From Dehalococcoidia bacterium (lineage in GTDB: Bacteria > Chloroflexota > Dehalococcoidia > Lucifugimonadales > UBA3495): a stretch of DNA of 64,000 nucleotides. This document shows positions 10,441 through 20,173 of this stretch, piece after piece (the stretch's first letter is position 1; each line of letters begins with the position of its first letter). The stretch lies in assembly GCA_022823505.1 (NCBI GenBank), contig JAJEIA010000073.1:924-64923 (forward strand), written 5' to 3'. The notes beneath the pieces were generated by a model, which ran no database searches, was not told the DNA's origin, and worked only from the letters and a program-made list of their open reading frames with translations. The translations under genes and the position numbers were made by a program.

Positions 10441-11571
10441 TCACGCCGCGCAGTTGCTGACGAGTTCGTCAATCATCTCTCGGGTTACATGGGGCATGGT
10501 TATGATGTGCGCGACCTCGCCCTCGGGCGCCATCTGCCACTTGCGGATCACGTCTTCGGGCGGCCGCGGGAACACGACGGTCACCGAGTTGCGGTGCCGC
10601 CAGGCCGGAATTCCGCGCTCGTTGAACTGCCCCACCGCGTACTCCGCCGTATCAAGCATTCCGGCCACCAGCCTGCGGAACCCTTCGTCCCCGTTCCGCG
10701 CCAACGCGTACCACATCATCAGGGGACCCATGGCGCTGCGGGATCCGGAAAGCGTGGTGTCCCGCACGCCCACCAATTCGATTGCCCGTCCGACGCGTTC
10801 CACGTGGGACCGCTTGGTCAGCACCACGCCGCACGGCAACGGCGCGCCGATCAGCTTGTGCCCGCTCACCGACACGCTGTCCACACCCGCGTCAAATCCA
10901 AAGGGCTGCGGGTCATCCACAAAGGGCAGGATCATGCCGCTCAGGGCAGCGTCGGCGTGGATGTAGGAGTTCGTAACCGCCAGGTCGCTGAGCATTTCCC
11001 GGATGCGGTCCAGATCGTCCACTCCTCCCCGCATCGTCGTGCCAATGGTCGCCATGATCACCGCGGGCACGTCCCGGTGAACCCGCACCATGTCATACAG
11101 GTCGTCGTAGTCGATCTCCCCGCTCTCCTGACGCTTGATCATTATGTAGCGGGCGTTCAGCAGGCGCACGTTCTTCAGCACGCTGTAGTGGGTTTCCTCG
11201 GAGAAGTAGAACATCGCATTCGGGAACAACTCGCGTGCCAGGTACAGGCCGTACATGTTGCCCTCCGTGCCTCCCGATGTGACGTACCCCCAGGCCTCGT
11301 CGGGGTTGATCCGCAGCAGGTCCGCGAACCGATTGATGACCTCACGCTCAAAGGCATGGGTGTTGCTCTGGTAATTGCTGGAATGGAACGGGTCGCCGAC
11401 GTTGTTGAGGGAATGGCTCAGGAAGGGCAACACCGCCGAATAGTCGAAATCCTGGTTCGTCGGATAGCCAACCTGCCGCTTCCCGGCCTCCTGAACCTGC
11501 TCCAGCAGACGGTCCAGGCGTCCCTGGATTTCCGTCTGCGGCAACGGGTCGGTTCCAAGCTTTCCTGTCAT
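10441..11571 (-). CDS. hdc: pyridoxal-dependent histidine decarboxylase
   Basis: Near-diagnostic blocks shared with enterobacterial HDC: GYP..DFDY, WGYVTSGGTEGNMYG, THYSV, GEIDYDDL, HADAALSGMILPFVDDPQPF, VSGHKLIGAPLPCGVV, SVTVVFP, VAHIIT. Confidence 0.9.
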   Translation of the reverse strand: MTGKLGTDPLPQTEIQGRLDRLLEQVQEAGKRQVGYPTNQDFDYSAVLPFLSHSLNNVGDPFHSSNYQSNTHAFEREVINRFADLLRINPDEAWGYVTSGGTEGNMYGLYLARELFPNAMFYFSEETHYSVLKNVRLLNARYIMIKRQESGEIDYDDLYDMVRVHRDVPAVIMATIGTTMRGGVDDLDRIREMLSDLAVTNSYIHADAALSGMILPFVDDPQPFGFDAGVDSVSVSGHKLIGAPLPCGVVLTKRSHVERVGRAIELVGVRDTTLSGSRSAMGPLMMWYALARNGDEGFRRLVAGMLDTAEYAVGQFNERGIPAWRHRNSVTVVFPRPPEDVIRKWQMAPEGEVAHIITMPHVTREMIDELVSNCAA

Positions 11572-11821
11572 TTGCCCGATTCCTCCGGTCGCTCTTGGCC
11601 TACCGCGTCGTCTACTCCCGCCTACCCGGTTTCGCCCGATTCGTCGTGGCGAGCGCAGCAGGGCAATCCCGCCGGGGCAACGGACGCCGCCGCGCGAACG
11701 AGATCGCCGCGTCGCCGGATGCCGCCGGTGAAAGTCTGGGTATGCGAAAGGCGTTGCAGCGGTTTACCACTGCCGGAAGGGTATGGTATACGAGCGAAAA
11801 CCGCAATCCGGGAGGAGCATC

Positions 11822-12637
11822 GTGCCCACCATTCATCGTGGCGACGCCAAACTGCATTACTATCTGGACGATTTCACCGATCCCTGGCGGTCGGCTCCGG
11901 AGGCCATCGTACTCCAGCACGGCTTCTCCCGCAGCGGCAAGTTCTGGTACAACTGGCCGCCCCTGCTCGGGCGCGAGTACCGGGTCATCCGACCCGATAT
12001 GCGTGGCATGGGCCAGTCGACCATCGACCCGGCGCGTTACGAACCCACGCTGGACACCCTCATGGGCGACCTGCTGGCCATTCTCGACGACGCCGGCGTG
12101 GAGCGCGCGGTGTACGTCGGCGAGTCCTTCGGCGGCATCATGGGCATGCAATTCGCCCACGACTATCCGGAACGCTGCCGCGCCCTGGTGCTGTGCAACT
12201 CGCCCTGTCGCCTGACCCGCCGCGAGAGCTCGACCCCGGGCGGGAGTTGGCTGGCGACCATGGAGCAGGGCGGCATCGGCGCATGGAGCGCGGCCACCAT
12301 CAATTTCCGCCTGGACATGCGCCACGCTGACGAGGGTCTGAAGGACTGGTATATCGCCGAGATGGACAAGACGTCGCCGGAGATCGGTCAGGCCTTGCAC
12401 ACCTACCTGGACAGCCTCGATTTCGGGCCGCACCTGAAGGACATCACGGTGCCCACCCTTCTGCTCACCGGCGACGAATCCCTGACCACCGGCATGGAGC
12501 AGCAGGAATTCATGGCCTCCGAAATCCCCAACAGCCGCCTGGACGTTTGGTCCGGCCTCGGCCACGGCGTCAACGTCATCTACCCCGAATGGTGCGTGCA
12601 ACGCCTGCGGGATTTCCTGGGCGAGCGCGGAGCCTGA
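11822..12637 (+). CDS. alpha/beta-fold hydrolase
   Basis: GTG 11822 follows GGGAGGAG. Nucleophile elbow GESFGG. HGFSRSG...IRPDMRGMGQS is typical of the family. Confidence 0.8.
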   Translation: MPTIHRGDAKLHYYLDDFTDPWRSAPEAIVLQHGFSRSGKFWYNWPPLLGREYRVIRPDMRGMGQSTIDPARYEPTLDTLMGDLLAILDDAGVERAVYVGESFGGIMGMQFAHDYPERCRALVLCNSPCRLTRRESSTPGGSWLATMEQGGIGAWSAATINFRLDMRHADEGLKDWYIAEMDKTSPEIGQALHTYLDSLDFGPHLKDITVPTLLLTGDESLTTGMEQQEFMASEIPNSRLDVWSGLGHGVNVIYPEWCVQRLRDFLGERGA

Positions 12638-12720
12638 TAACTCCGGCCGATTCAACACTGTGCGATTCCACGGCGCCGGTGATATGCTTGGCATAACGCG
12701 CATTTTGCAGGTCCTCAGCC

Positions 12721-13341
12721 GTGATTTCCGCCGACAAATCGCCGATCACCGCCGTAATCCTCGCGGGCGGTCAGAGCCGGCGGCTGGGTCGCGACAAAGC
12801 AGTCGAACCATTTGACGGGGAACCGTTGATCCGGCGCGTCATCCGGCGCGCATCCGAAGCCGTGTCCGCCAGTCGCGTCGTGGTCGTGGTTGCTGACCCG
12901 GCGCGCGCCGCTGCGTTGCCCCTGGACGCTGATCACCGGACTGCCGTCGACGTGTTCCCTGATTGTGGCTCGCTGGGCGGCATCTACACCGGGCTGGACG
13001 CTTCGGCCACCGAGTGGTCGCTGATTACCGCCTGCGACATGCCCTTCCTGTCCGCGCCCCTCCTGGCGCACATGGCGGAACTCCGCGACGGCGCCGACGC
13101 GGTGGTACCCGTGGTGGATGGCCGACCGGAACCGACCCACGCCTTCTACACCCGGCGCTGCCTCCCGGCCATCGAGCGCCGACTCCGCGCCGGACAGCTG
13201 AAGATTTCCGGTTTCTTCGACGACGTCTCCGTCCGCTATGTGCCCGAAACCGAGATTAGGGACTTCGACCCCGACCTGCTCAGCTTCTTCAACATCAACC
13301 GACCCGAGGACCTGTCACGGGCCGTGGAACTGGCGCAATGA
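12721..13341 (+). CDS. mobA: molybdenum cofactor guanylyltransferase
   Basis: AVILAGGQSRRLGRDKA N-terminal motif, about 200 aa. ATGA overlap with the next gene. Confidence 0.85.
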   Translation: MISADKSPITAVILAGGQSRRLGRDKAVEPFDGEPLIRRVIRRASEAVSASRVVVVVADPARAAALPLDADHRTAVDVFPDCGSLGGIYTGLDASATEWSLITACDMPFLSAPLLAHMAELRDGADAVVPVVDGRPEPTHAFYTRRCLPAIERRLRAGQLKISGFFDDVSVRYVPETEIRDFDPDLLSFFNINRPEDLSRAVELAQ

Positions 13342-13664
13342 ACTCTGCCAGCACAACCGGCGAAATGGCGGCGGTCACCATCGAACTGTTCGGCATGGCC
13401 CGCGTCCACGCCGGCGTGAACAGCATCGCCCTCGCCGTCGACGCGCGCACCCCAGTTGCCGTGCTGTTGGCCGCTCTCGCGCAGGAGTGTCCCGGGCTGT
13501 TGGGTAAGGCGCTGCACCTGGGCGATGATGGGTCAATCGCCGTCGCCGAGGGGTATGCGCTGAACCGGAACGGCCTGGTATTCCTTCCGCCCGACGTGGA
13601 AACTCCCCTCCATTGGGCGCCGGGAGACTCGCTGCTCCTGCTTTCCAACCAGGCCGGCGGGTGA
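13338..13664 (+). CDS. MoaD/ThiS-family ubiquitin-like sulfur carrier
   Basis: 108 aa ending in ...SNQAGG (C-terminal Gly-Gly). Translationally coupled to mobA and the AOR gene. Confidence 0.7.
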   Translation: MNSASTTGEMAAVTIELFGMARVHAGVNSIALAVDARTPVAVLLAALAQECPGLLGKALHLGDDGSIAVAEGYALNRNGLVFLPPDVETPLHWAPGDSLLLLSNQAGG

Positions 13665-13669
13665 GCGCG

Positions 13670-15592
13670 ATGTCGGAGCTTTACGGCTACCGTGGATACG
13701 CCACGGTGGTTGATCTGACCACCGGAGCCTGCCGACGCGACCCGATACCCCGGGACGCGCTGCGCTCGACCATCGGCGGCATCGGCCTGGGGACGTGGCT
13801 GCTGCACCGTTATGGCGGTCCCCCTGCCGACCACGACGGCGAACTCCTGTCCGCCCCCGACCGGATGCGCTTGCTGGACTCCGCGTTGGAGCCGGACAAC
13901 CCGCTGATCTTTGTGACCAGCCCCCTGGTCGGCACGCGGCTCACCACGTCGAGCAAGTTCGCCGTCATGACCCGGTCACCGCTGACCGGCTTCATCGCCG
14001 ACGGGCTGTCCTCAAGCCACCTCGCCGTCGAGTTGAAACGGGCCTGCGGCGACGTCCTGGTGATCACCGGCCGCTGCGACAGCTTTTCGGTCCTTCACAT
14101 CGACGCCGGCGGAGATCCCCGGTTGAAACCCGCCGCGCACCTGGCGGGTCGTTCCACCACGGAAACCGAAGCGGCGGTCAAACGCGACCTGGACGACGGA
14201 ACCCGGCGCCCGGTTCGAGTGGCCTGCATCGGGCCGGCTGGCGAGCGCCTGGTCCGCTTCGCCAGCATCGCCAACGACGGTGGACGCCAGGCCGGACGCT
14301 GTGGCCCGGGCGCGGTGATGGGCAGCAAGAACCTCAAGGCCATCGCCGTGCGCGGCAATCCCGAGTCTGATCCGGCCGTCGCGGACCCAGCGGCCCTGCG
14401 GGCGTACGCTCGCGACCTCAGCCGCCGCAGCCTGGGCGCCGCCACCGCCAAGTACCGCGAGCTGGGCACCATCGCCAACGTGTCCGTGTTCAACCGTCTG
14501 GGCACCCTGCCCACCCGCAATTTCCAGCAGTCGACCTTTGAGGAAGCGGAAGCGGTCAGCGGCGAAACGCTCCACCAAACTCGCGCCACGCGGTCTGCCC
14601 ACTGCGCCAACTGCACCATCGGTTGTGAGAAGATCGTCACGGTGGGCCGGAAAGGCAAGGGTTCGAAGCAGACCGGCGAGGTCAGCGCCCGTCTGGAGTA
14701 CGAAAGCCTCTTCGCGCTGGGCCCTCTCGTGGGCGTCGGCGACCCGGACGCGGTTATCCACGCCGTGCGCCGGTGCGACGAACTGGGCCTGGACACCATT
14801 TCCGCCGGCAGCGTCATCGCCTGGGCCATGGAAACCGCACAACGGGGGTTGTTGCCTTCGCTGGACCTCGGCGACCGCAGCAGTAGTCCCGACGCGGTAC
14901 CGAACTTCGGCGACGGAACTGCGGTCATCGACCTGTTGGACGACATCGGGCATCGCCGCGGTTTGCTGGGCAACCTGCTCGCCGAGGGCAGCCGGCTTGC
15001 CGCCGAGCGCGTGGGCGGCGGGTCGGACGCATGGGCCATGCAGGTGAAGGGCCTCGAGATGCCCGGCTACGAACCCCGCAGCCTGAAAACCCTGGCGCTG
15101 GGCCTCGCCACAACACCCCGCGGCGCCTGCCACAACCGCACCTCCGCCTATGACGCCGACTTTTCGCCGGACGTGGACCGCCTGACCGTGGACGAGCGGC
15201 GCGGGAAAATAGCGGCCGACAGCGAGGATTTCGCCGCGGCGCTGGACTCCCTCATCTGGTGCAAATTCCTCCGCCGGGCATTCGACGACTTTTGGGAAGA
15301 GTCGGCCGCCGTTTACCGCATGGTCACCGGTTGGGAGGATTTTGACGCGGCCGAACTCCGACGCGCCGCCGCCCACATCGCCGATCTGAAAAAGTGCTAC
15401 AACCAGCGTTGGGGCTGGCGACGATCCGACGATACCCTCCCGGACCGCACCCTGACCGAGCCGCTCGCCGATGGCATCGCGGCCGGCGTCGGCCTCACCG
15501 CCGGCGAGTTGGATGCGATGATCGCCGACTATTATCGCGCCCGCGGCTGGACCTGGGACGGCCGCGCGGATCCGGTCGCCGCGGGCTTATAG
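13670..15592 (+). CDS. aldehyde:ferredoxin oxidoreductase family (tungsto/molybdo-pterin) enzyme
   Basis: MSELYGYRGYATVVDLTTG... N-terminal AOR domain, and CANCTIGCEK 4Fe-4S / pterin-ligand region. An alternative GTG at 13661 overlaps the moaD-like stop. Confidence 0.88.
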   Translation: MSELYGYRGYATVVDLTTGACRRDPIPRDALRSTIGGIGLGTWLLHRYGGPPADHDGELLSAPDRMRLLDSALEPDNPLIFVTSPLVGTRLTTSSKFAVMTRSPLTGFIADGLSSSHLAVELKRACGDVLVITGRCDSFSVLHIDAGGDPRLKPAAHLAGRSTTETEAAVKRDLDDGTRRPVRVACIGPAGERLVRFASIANDGGRQAGRCGPGAVMGSKNLKAIAVRGNPESDPAVADPAALRAYARDLSRRSLGAATAKYRELGTIANVSVFNRLGTLPTRNFQQSTFEEAEAVSGETLHQTRATRSAHCANCTIGCEKIVTVGRKGKGSKQTGEVSARLEYESLFALGPLVGVGDPDAVIHAVRRCDELGLDTISAGSVIAWAMETAQRGLLPSLDLGDRSSSPDAVPNFGDGTAVIDLLDDIGHRRGLLGNLLAEGSRLAAERVGGGSDAWAMQVKGLEMPGYEPRSLKTLALGLATTPRGACHNRTSAYDADFSPDVDRLTVDERRGKIAADSEDFAAALDSLIWCKFLRRAFDDFWEESAAVYRMVTGWEDFDAAELRRAAAHIADLKKCYNQRWGWRRSDDTLPDRTLTEPLADGIAAGVGLTAGELDAMIADYYRARGWTWDGRADPVAAGL

Positions 15593-16327
15593 CGGCTGTT
15601 TGGCGGGCACGCCGACCCGGCGCGGGTACTTCCCCGGAGTCCGGCGCACCTTCTCAACGGACATGAGCCAGCGGTCCGGAGGCAGCGGCGGCGCCAAATC
15701 GTTCATGGACCGGGCGCCGGCCATCCTGCCACCCAACTCCGCCAGCGCGTTATTCGCCGCCTGTGCTTCTGCTGGTCCGTCCTTCCCCTTCCAGGCGATC
15801 AGCGTGCCATGTCCCTTGCACAGGGGCAGCGCGTACTCCACCAGCACCGACATCGGAGCCACTCCCCGCGCCAGGGCCACGTCGAACTGACCCCGGTATC
15901 CCTCCGTGCGCGCCAGTTCCTCCGCTCGCGTGGTGACCACATCCACTGCGTCGAGGCCGAGGCCCGTCACCAGCGTACCCAGGAACGCAGTCTTTTTGGC
16001 CACCGATTCCACGAGCGTGAGACGGATGCCGGGAAAGACTAATTTCAGTGGCACACCCGGAAAACCGGCTCCGCTTCCCAGGTCGACGACGCGCAGCCCG
16101 TCCCGCCAATCGTCGAACGCGAGCACGGCGGTCAGCGAGTCGACGAAGTGTCGTACCTGGACGGCCTCGGGCTCCGTGATGGCGGTCAGGTTCGCCCGCC
16201 GGTTTCCCTCAGCCAGCAGCCGTTGGTACTCGGCGAACCGTTCCAGCTGGTCACCGGAAAGGTCAAGGCCCAGGCGCTTGGCCTCCTGGCTCAGGACCTC
16301 CATTCCCAACTCGGCATCGGTGCTCAT
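15587..16327 (-). CDS. rsmG: 16S rRNA (guanine527-N7)-methyltransferase
   Basis: ATG 16327 overlaps the eno stop (ATGA). SAM motif VVDLGSGAGFPG. The longer ORF up to 16738 overlaps eno and is discarded. Confidence 0.9.
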   Translation of the reverse strand: MSTDAELGMEVLSQEAKRLGLDLSGDQLERFAEYQRLLAEGNRRANLTAITEPEAVQVRHFVDSLTAVLAFDDWRDGLRVVDLGSGAGFPGVPLKLVFPGIRLTLVESVAKKTAFLGTLVTGLGLDAVDVVTTRAEELARTEGYRGQFDVALARGVAPMSVLVEYALPLCKGHGTLIAWKGKDGPAEAQAANNALAELGGRMAGARSMNDLAPPLPPDRWLMSVEKVRRTPGKYPRRVGVPAKQPL

Positions 16328-17637
16328 GGGTTCGAAAACCGAGCGAAAACATCCCGACCGGCGAACCTGCCCCGCTCTCCCAACTCCTCCTCGATCCGCA
16401 GCAATCGGTTGTACTTGGCCAGTCTCTCGGAACGCGTGATGGAACCGATCTTGATCTGGCCCGCGCCGGTGGCCACCGCCAGATCCGCAATCGTGGTGTC
16501 CTCCGTCTCCCCGGAGCGCGCTGAAATCACCGGCAGATAGCCCCGCTCTTGCGCCAAGTGCACGGTGTCCAACGTTTCGGTCAGCGTTCCAATCTGATTG
16601 GGCTTCACCAACACCGCATTGGCGATGCCATCGTCCGCCCCCTGCGCCAGGCGTTCCGGGTTGGTGGTGAACAGGTCGTCTCCAATCAGCTGAGCCGAAC
16701 CGCCCAGCTGTTGGGTCAGGTATTCCCAGCCGTCCCAATCGTCTTCGGACAGGCCGTCCTCGATCGAAATGATCGGGTAGGTCTTGCTCCAGTGATCCAG
16801 CAGGTCCACCAGTTCAACGGACGAAAACGCTCGACCCTCGGCCTGCAACACGTACCGTCCACCGTCGCCGGCAAATTCCGTCGCCGCCACGTCCAACCCG
16901 ATGGCGACGTCGCCATCCCTCGCACACCGGTAACCGGCCAGGCGGGTGGCATCGTACAGCAAGCCCAGCGCGTCCTCGTGGCAGGGCAACGGTGGTCCGT
17001 ATCCGCCTTCGTCCGCCACACCGTAGGCGTAGGGTCCGGTCTGGGACAGAACTCGCCCCACTGCTCGGTAAACCGCCACCACCATTTGCAGTGCCTCGCC
17101 GTAGGTTGCGGCACCGATGGGGATCGCCAGGAAGTCCTGCATGTCCAGGCCGCCGGCGGCGTGCCGCCCCCCGCTGATGATGTTCACCATGGGCATGGGC
17201 AGGACCCCCGCCTCGGGCCCGCCCAGGTACCGGTAGAGCGGCTGGCCGGCAGCGGCAGCGGCGGCGTGAGCTGCGGCAAGCGACACTCCCAGGATGGCGT
17301 TCGCCCCCAGGTTGGCCTTGTTTGCCGTGCCGTCCAGTTCTCGCAGCCGGGCATCCAGCGACGCCTGGTCGGCGGCGTCGAAGGCCCCGGAAACCGCTGG
17401 ACCGATCACGTCATTCACCGCCGCAACGGCCCGCAGCACGCCCAACCCTTCGTAACGGGTGGGATCGCCATCCCGCAGTTCCACCGCCTCGTGCCGTCCG
17501 GTGGAAGCGCCCGACGGCACAATCGCGCGACCGAATGCCCCATTGCGGAGCGTTACGTCAACCTCCACCGTGGGGTTCCCCCGAGAGTCCAGTACCTCTC
17601 GTCCGCGTACCGATTCGATCAGCGTTGCATCAGCCAT
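16324..17637 (-). CDS. eno: enolase (phosphopyruvate hydratase)
   Basis: 437 aa. EVLDSRGNPTVEVDV, SGETEDTTIADLAV and KYNRLLRIEEELG are classical enolase blocks. Confidence 0.97.
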   Translation of the reverse strand: MADATLIESVRGREVLDSRGNPTVEVDVTLRNGAFGRAIVPSGASTGRHEAVELRDGDPTRYEGLGVLRAVAAVNDVIGPAVSGAFDAADQASLDARLRELDGTANKANLGANAILGVSLAAAHAAAAAAGQPLYRYLGGPEAGVLPMPMVNIISGGRHAAGGLDMQDFLAIPIGAATYGEALQMVVAVYRAVGRVLSQTGPYAYGVADEGGYGPPLPCHEDALGLLYDATRLAGYRCARDGDVAIGLDVAATEFAGDGGRYVLQAEGRAFSSVELVDLLDHWSKTYPIISIEDGLSEDDWDGWEYLTQQLGGSAQLIGDDLFTTNPERLAQGADDGIANAVLVKPNQIGTLTETLDTVHLAQERGYLPVISARSGETEDTTIADLAVATGAGQIKIGSITRSERLAKYNRLLRIEEELGERGRFAGRDVFARFSNP

Positions 17638-17732
17638 GAGCAGATCACCAGGCCGGTTTGAAATGCATACGAGGCAATCGCGCCTTGGTCGTGCGCGATC
17701 GCCCCGTTTTCGCTACAACTGTGAGATGCCGG

Positions 17733-18437
17733 TTAGCCGTGGCCTTCCGACTTGATGTCGTTGAACGTGACCCGCAGCATCGGTGCGTCGGTCTCGTTCT
17801 TCCACTGGTGATGCTCGCCCGGCGGGACCAGCACCGCGTCGCCGGCCGTCACCGTGTACTCCGTACCCGACACCACCAGCGTCCCCGTGCCCTCCAGGAT
17901 GAACACCGTGTGGTCCCATTCGTGGTTGTGACCGCCCGTTTCGGGATGGCTCACCGCACCGGGCTGCATGGCGCCGTTGTACAGCATCAGGTAGTTGGGG
18001 CAGCCGTCGCGCCCGCCCAGCATGGTGTGCCCGGTTTCAGCGTTCAGGTCGGCGTGGTTGCGGATCACCGGCGGCGTGCCGGCGCCCGGCTCAGACCCGC
18101 CAGGGCGCGCGTTGCCGCTGGATGCCGAGAGCGGGTTGATCTCGATTCGCCGGATGTCGCCGTCGCCGTCGTTTCGGGTGACGTGATCCACCATGGGCGG
18201 AATGAACATCGCGTCGCCGGCCTTCACCGGGTATTCCTTCCCATCGGCCACCAGCGTTCCGCTGCCCTCGATGATGTAGACCTCGTGCTCCCATTCGTGG
18301 ATGTGGTGGGCGCTGGTCCCGCCGGGCTCAATGACGGAATACGCCAGGGTCACCAGGCCAGGGTTGTCGTCGGCGCCGATGAGCCGCGCGGGCGCGCCGG
18401 CCGGGAAGTCTTTGATGTTCCGGATCAGGGGTTCCAT
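17733..18437 (-). CDS. bicupin domain protein
   Basis: Two cupin modules, each with H-x-H...E / G-x5-...-H signatures (AHHIHEWEHEVYIIEGSG; HNHEWDHTVFILEGTG). Confidence 0.75.
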   Translation of the reverse strand: MEPLIRNIKDFPAGAPARLIGADDNPGLVTLAYSVIEPGGTSAHHIHEWEHEVYIIEGSGTLVADGKEYPVKAGDAMFIPPMVDHVTRNDGDGDIRRIEINPLSASSGNARPGGSEPGAGTPPVIRNHADLNAETGHTMLGGRDGCPNYLMLYNGAMQPGAVSHPETGGHNHEWDHTVFILEGTGTLVVSGTEYTVTAGDAVLVPPGEHHQWKNETDAPMLRVTFNDIKSEGHG

Positions 18438-18504
18438 GGTCGTTACTCCTCAGGCGTGGTGTGGCTCGGTCCAATCGGGCGATGTGATGGCGGGCTCGAT
18501 ATGG

Positions 18505-19050
18505 CTAAGTGATCTCCGGCTGCACGCCCTCAGGAAGCTCGACCTCGAAAGCGGATAGTATCTGCCCCACCAGCAGGTAGTGCCCCATGAGCGCGGTGAT
18601 CTCCACCGTCTTCTGCATCCCGAAGTGTCCCGACACCTCACCGAAGGTCTCGTCGCTTACCTTGTGATTGCGGAACAATTCCTGGACGTATTTGACCAGC
18701 GAGGCCTCGATCCCGCTCAGGCCCTCCGGCGCCTTGCCGGTGGCGATGGCGTTGATCACGTCCTCCGACACTCCGGCCTGGCGCGCCAGCCGGGCGTGCG
18801 CCGAAAACTCGTACTGCTGACGGATCTCCCGGGCCGTAGCGCAGATGACGATCTCTTTTTGGGCTTCGGATATGTCCAGATCGAAACGGACGTATGCGCC
18901 GGTATGCGCCACGCGCGCCGCCAGGTCGGGGCTGTGCAGCAACACGCCATACGGGCCGCGCACGCTGCCGCGACTGCTGGCGATGGAGTCGAAAAATTCC
19001 TGGTGCTCGGGGGCAAGTTGATCACGGGTGACGTCACTCAAACGGGCCAT
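18505..19050 (-). CDS. carboxymuconolactone decarboxylase (AhpD-like) family protein
   Basis: 181 aa. ...EIVICATAREIRQQYEFSAHARLARQAGVSEDVI... is typical of CMD-family helices. Confidence 0.7.
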   Translation of the reverse strand: MARLSDVTRDQLAPEHQEFFDSIASSRGSVRGPYGVLLHSPDLAARVAHTGAYVRFDLDISEAQKEIVICATAREIRQQYEFSAHARLARQAGVSEDVINAIATGKAPEGLSGIEASLVKYVQELFRNHKVSDETFGEVSGHFGMQKTVEITALMGHYLLVGQILSAFEVELPEGVQPEIT

Positions 19051-19148
19051 TGGGCAATGCTCCTTGCGCTTGGTTGGTTGAAACTGGCACCGGCAATATA
19101 CCGCCGTGCGCCGCCCGCGTTCAAGGGAAGCGCCGGCCGGCGCCGGTG

Positions 19149-20009
19149 CTAGTCGGGAAATTCCAGATCCAGGGAAATGTCCAGCGCGTCGGTGGAATGG
19201 GTCAGGCCGCCGATGCTGATCAGGTCCACGCCGGTTTCGGCCACCTGGCGAACTGTGGTCAGCGTGATGCCCCCGGATGCCTCGATGGACGCCCGTCCGG
19301 CGATGATGCCCACGGCCTCCCGCATCATGTCCACCGGCATGTTGTCCAGCATGATGATGTGAGCGCCGGCGTCCACCGCCTCACGCACCTGGTCCAGCGA
19401 CTCCACCTCCACCTCCACGCGGATGGTGTGCGACGCCTGGGAGATGGCATGGCGCACCACGGCCGCCAGCGGTTCTTCCAGCGACGCCCGCGCCGCCAGG
19501 TGATTGTCCTTGATCAGGATGCCGTCCGCCAGGTTGATGCGGTGGTTGTATCCCCCGCCCATGCGCACGCTGTACTTGTCCAGGTACCGGTGGCCCGGAG
19601 CGGTCTTTCGTGTGTCGACGATCCTGGCGGCCGTCCCTTCCACCGCCCGTACGTATCGGTTCGTGGCGGTGGCGATGCCGCTCATCCGTTGCATGAAGTT
19701 CAGGGCGGTCCGTTCCGCCCGCAGGATCGCGGCGGCGGATCCCACCACGCTGGCGATGTCACGACCGGGCTCCAGCGGATCGCCATCATCCAGCAACAAT
19801 TCGACCTCAAGATCCGGGTCGATGCGTCTGAACACCGCTTCCGCAACCGGTCCACCGGCCAGCACGCCGTCGGCCTTGGCGCGCAGCATCCCGTTTCCCG
19901 CCACGCCGTGGGGAATCAGCGTCTGTGTGGTCGGGTCATTGAACGCCTGGTCTTCGGTGAGTGCGGCGTCGATCAGGTTGAGGACTTCTGGCGGAAGTTG
20001 CTGACTCAT
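19149..20009 (-). CDS. nadC: nicotinate-nucleotide pyrophosphorylase (carboxylating)
   Basis: 286 aa. ...TRKTAPGHRYLDKYSVRMGGGYNHR...IMLDNM...ASGGIT blocks. Confidence 0.93.
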   Translation of the reverse strand: MSQQLPPEVLNLIDAALTEDQAFNDPTTQTLIPHGVAGNGMLRAKADGVLAGGPVAEAVFRRIDPDLEVELLLDDGDPLEPGRDIASVVGSAAAILRAERTALNFMQRMSGIATATNRYVRAVEGTAARIVDTRKTAPGHRYLDKYSVRMGGGYNHRINLADGILIKDNHLAARASLEEPLAAVVRHAISQASHTIRVEVEVESLDQVREAVDAGAHIIMLDNMPVDMMREAVGIIAGRASIEASGGITLTTVRQVAETGVDLISIGGLTHSTDALDISLDLEFPD

Positions 20010-20173
20010 GTGCGCCTCGCGTGTACCGTATCAGTTGAATGTCGAGAGTGTGCCACGTCGGTAGCCAGCCGGCAAATCAGGGACTCCACAAACTCGGGAC
20101 AACACACGTACGGAGTATGCAAAACCCGCTGTGATATACTCGCGACGACCACTCGTCTGATAACAATTTTGGC

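Noticed and set aside
15587-15592. 3'-end overlaps or abutments of convergent genes: AOR/rsmG overlap by 6 nt, and the 27897..29018 gene and uvrB are 2 nt apart.
   Set aside because: This is common in compact high-GC genomes and gives no specific signal of function. Only the PanA/ParE-like overlap is reported, because of its biological context.
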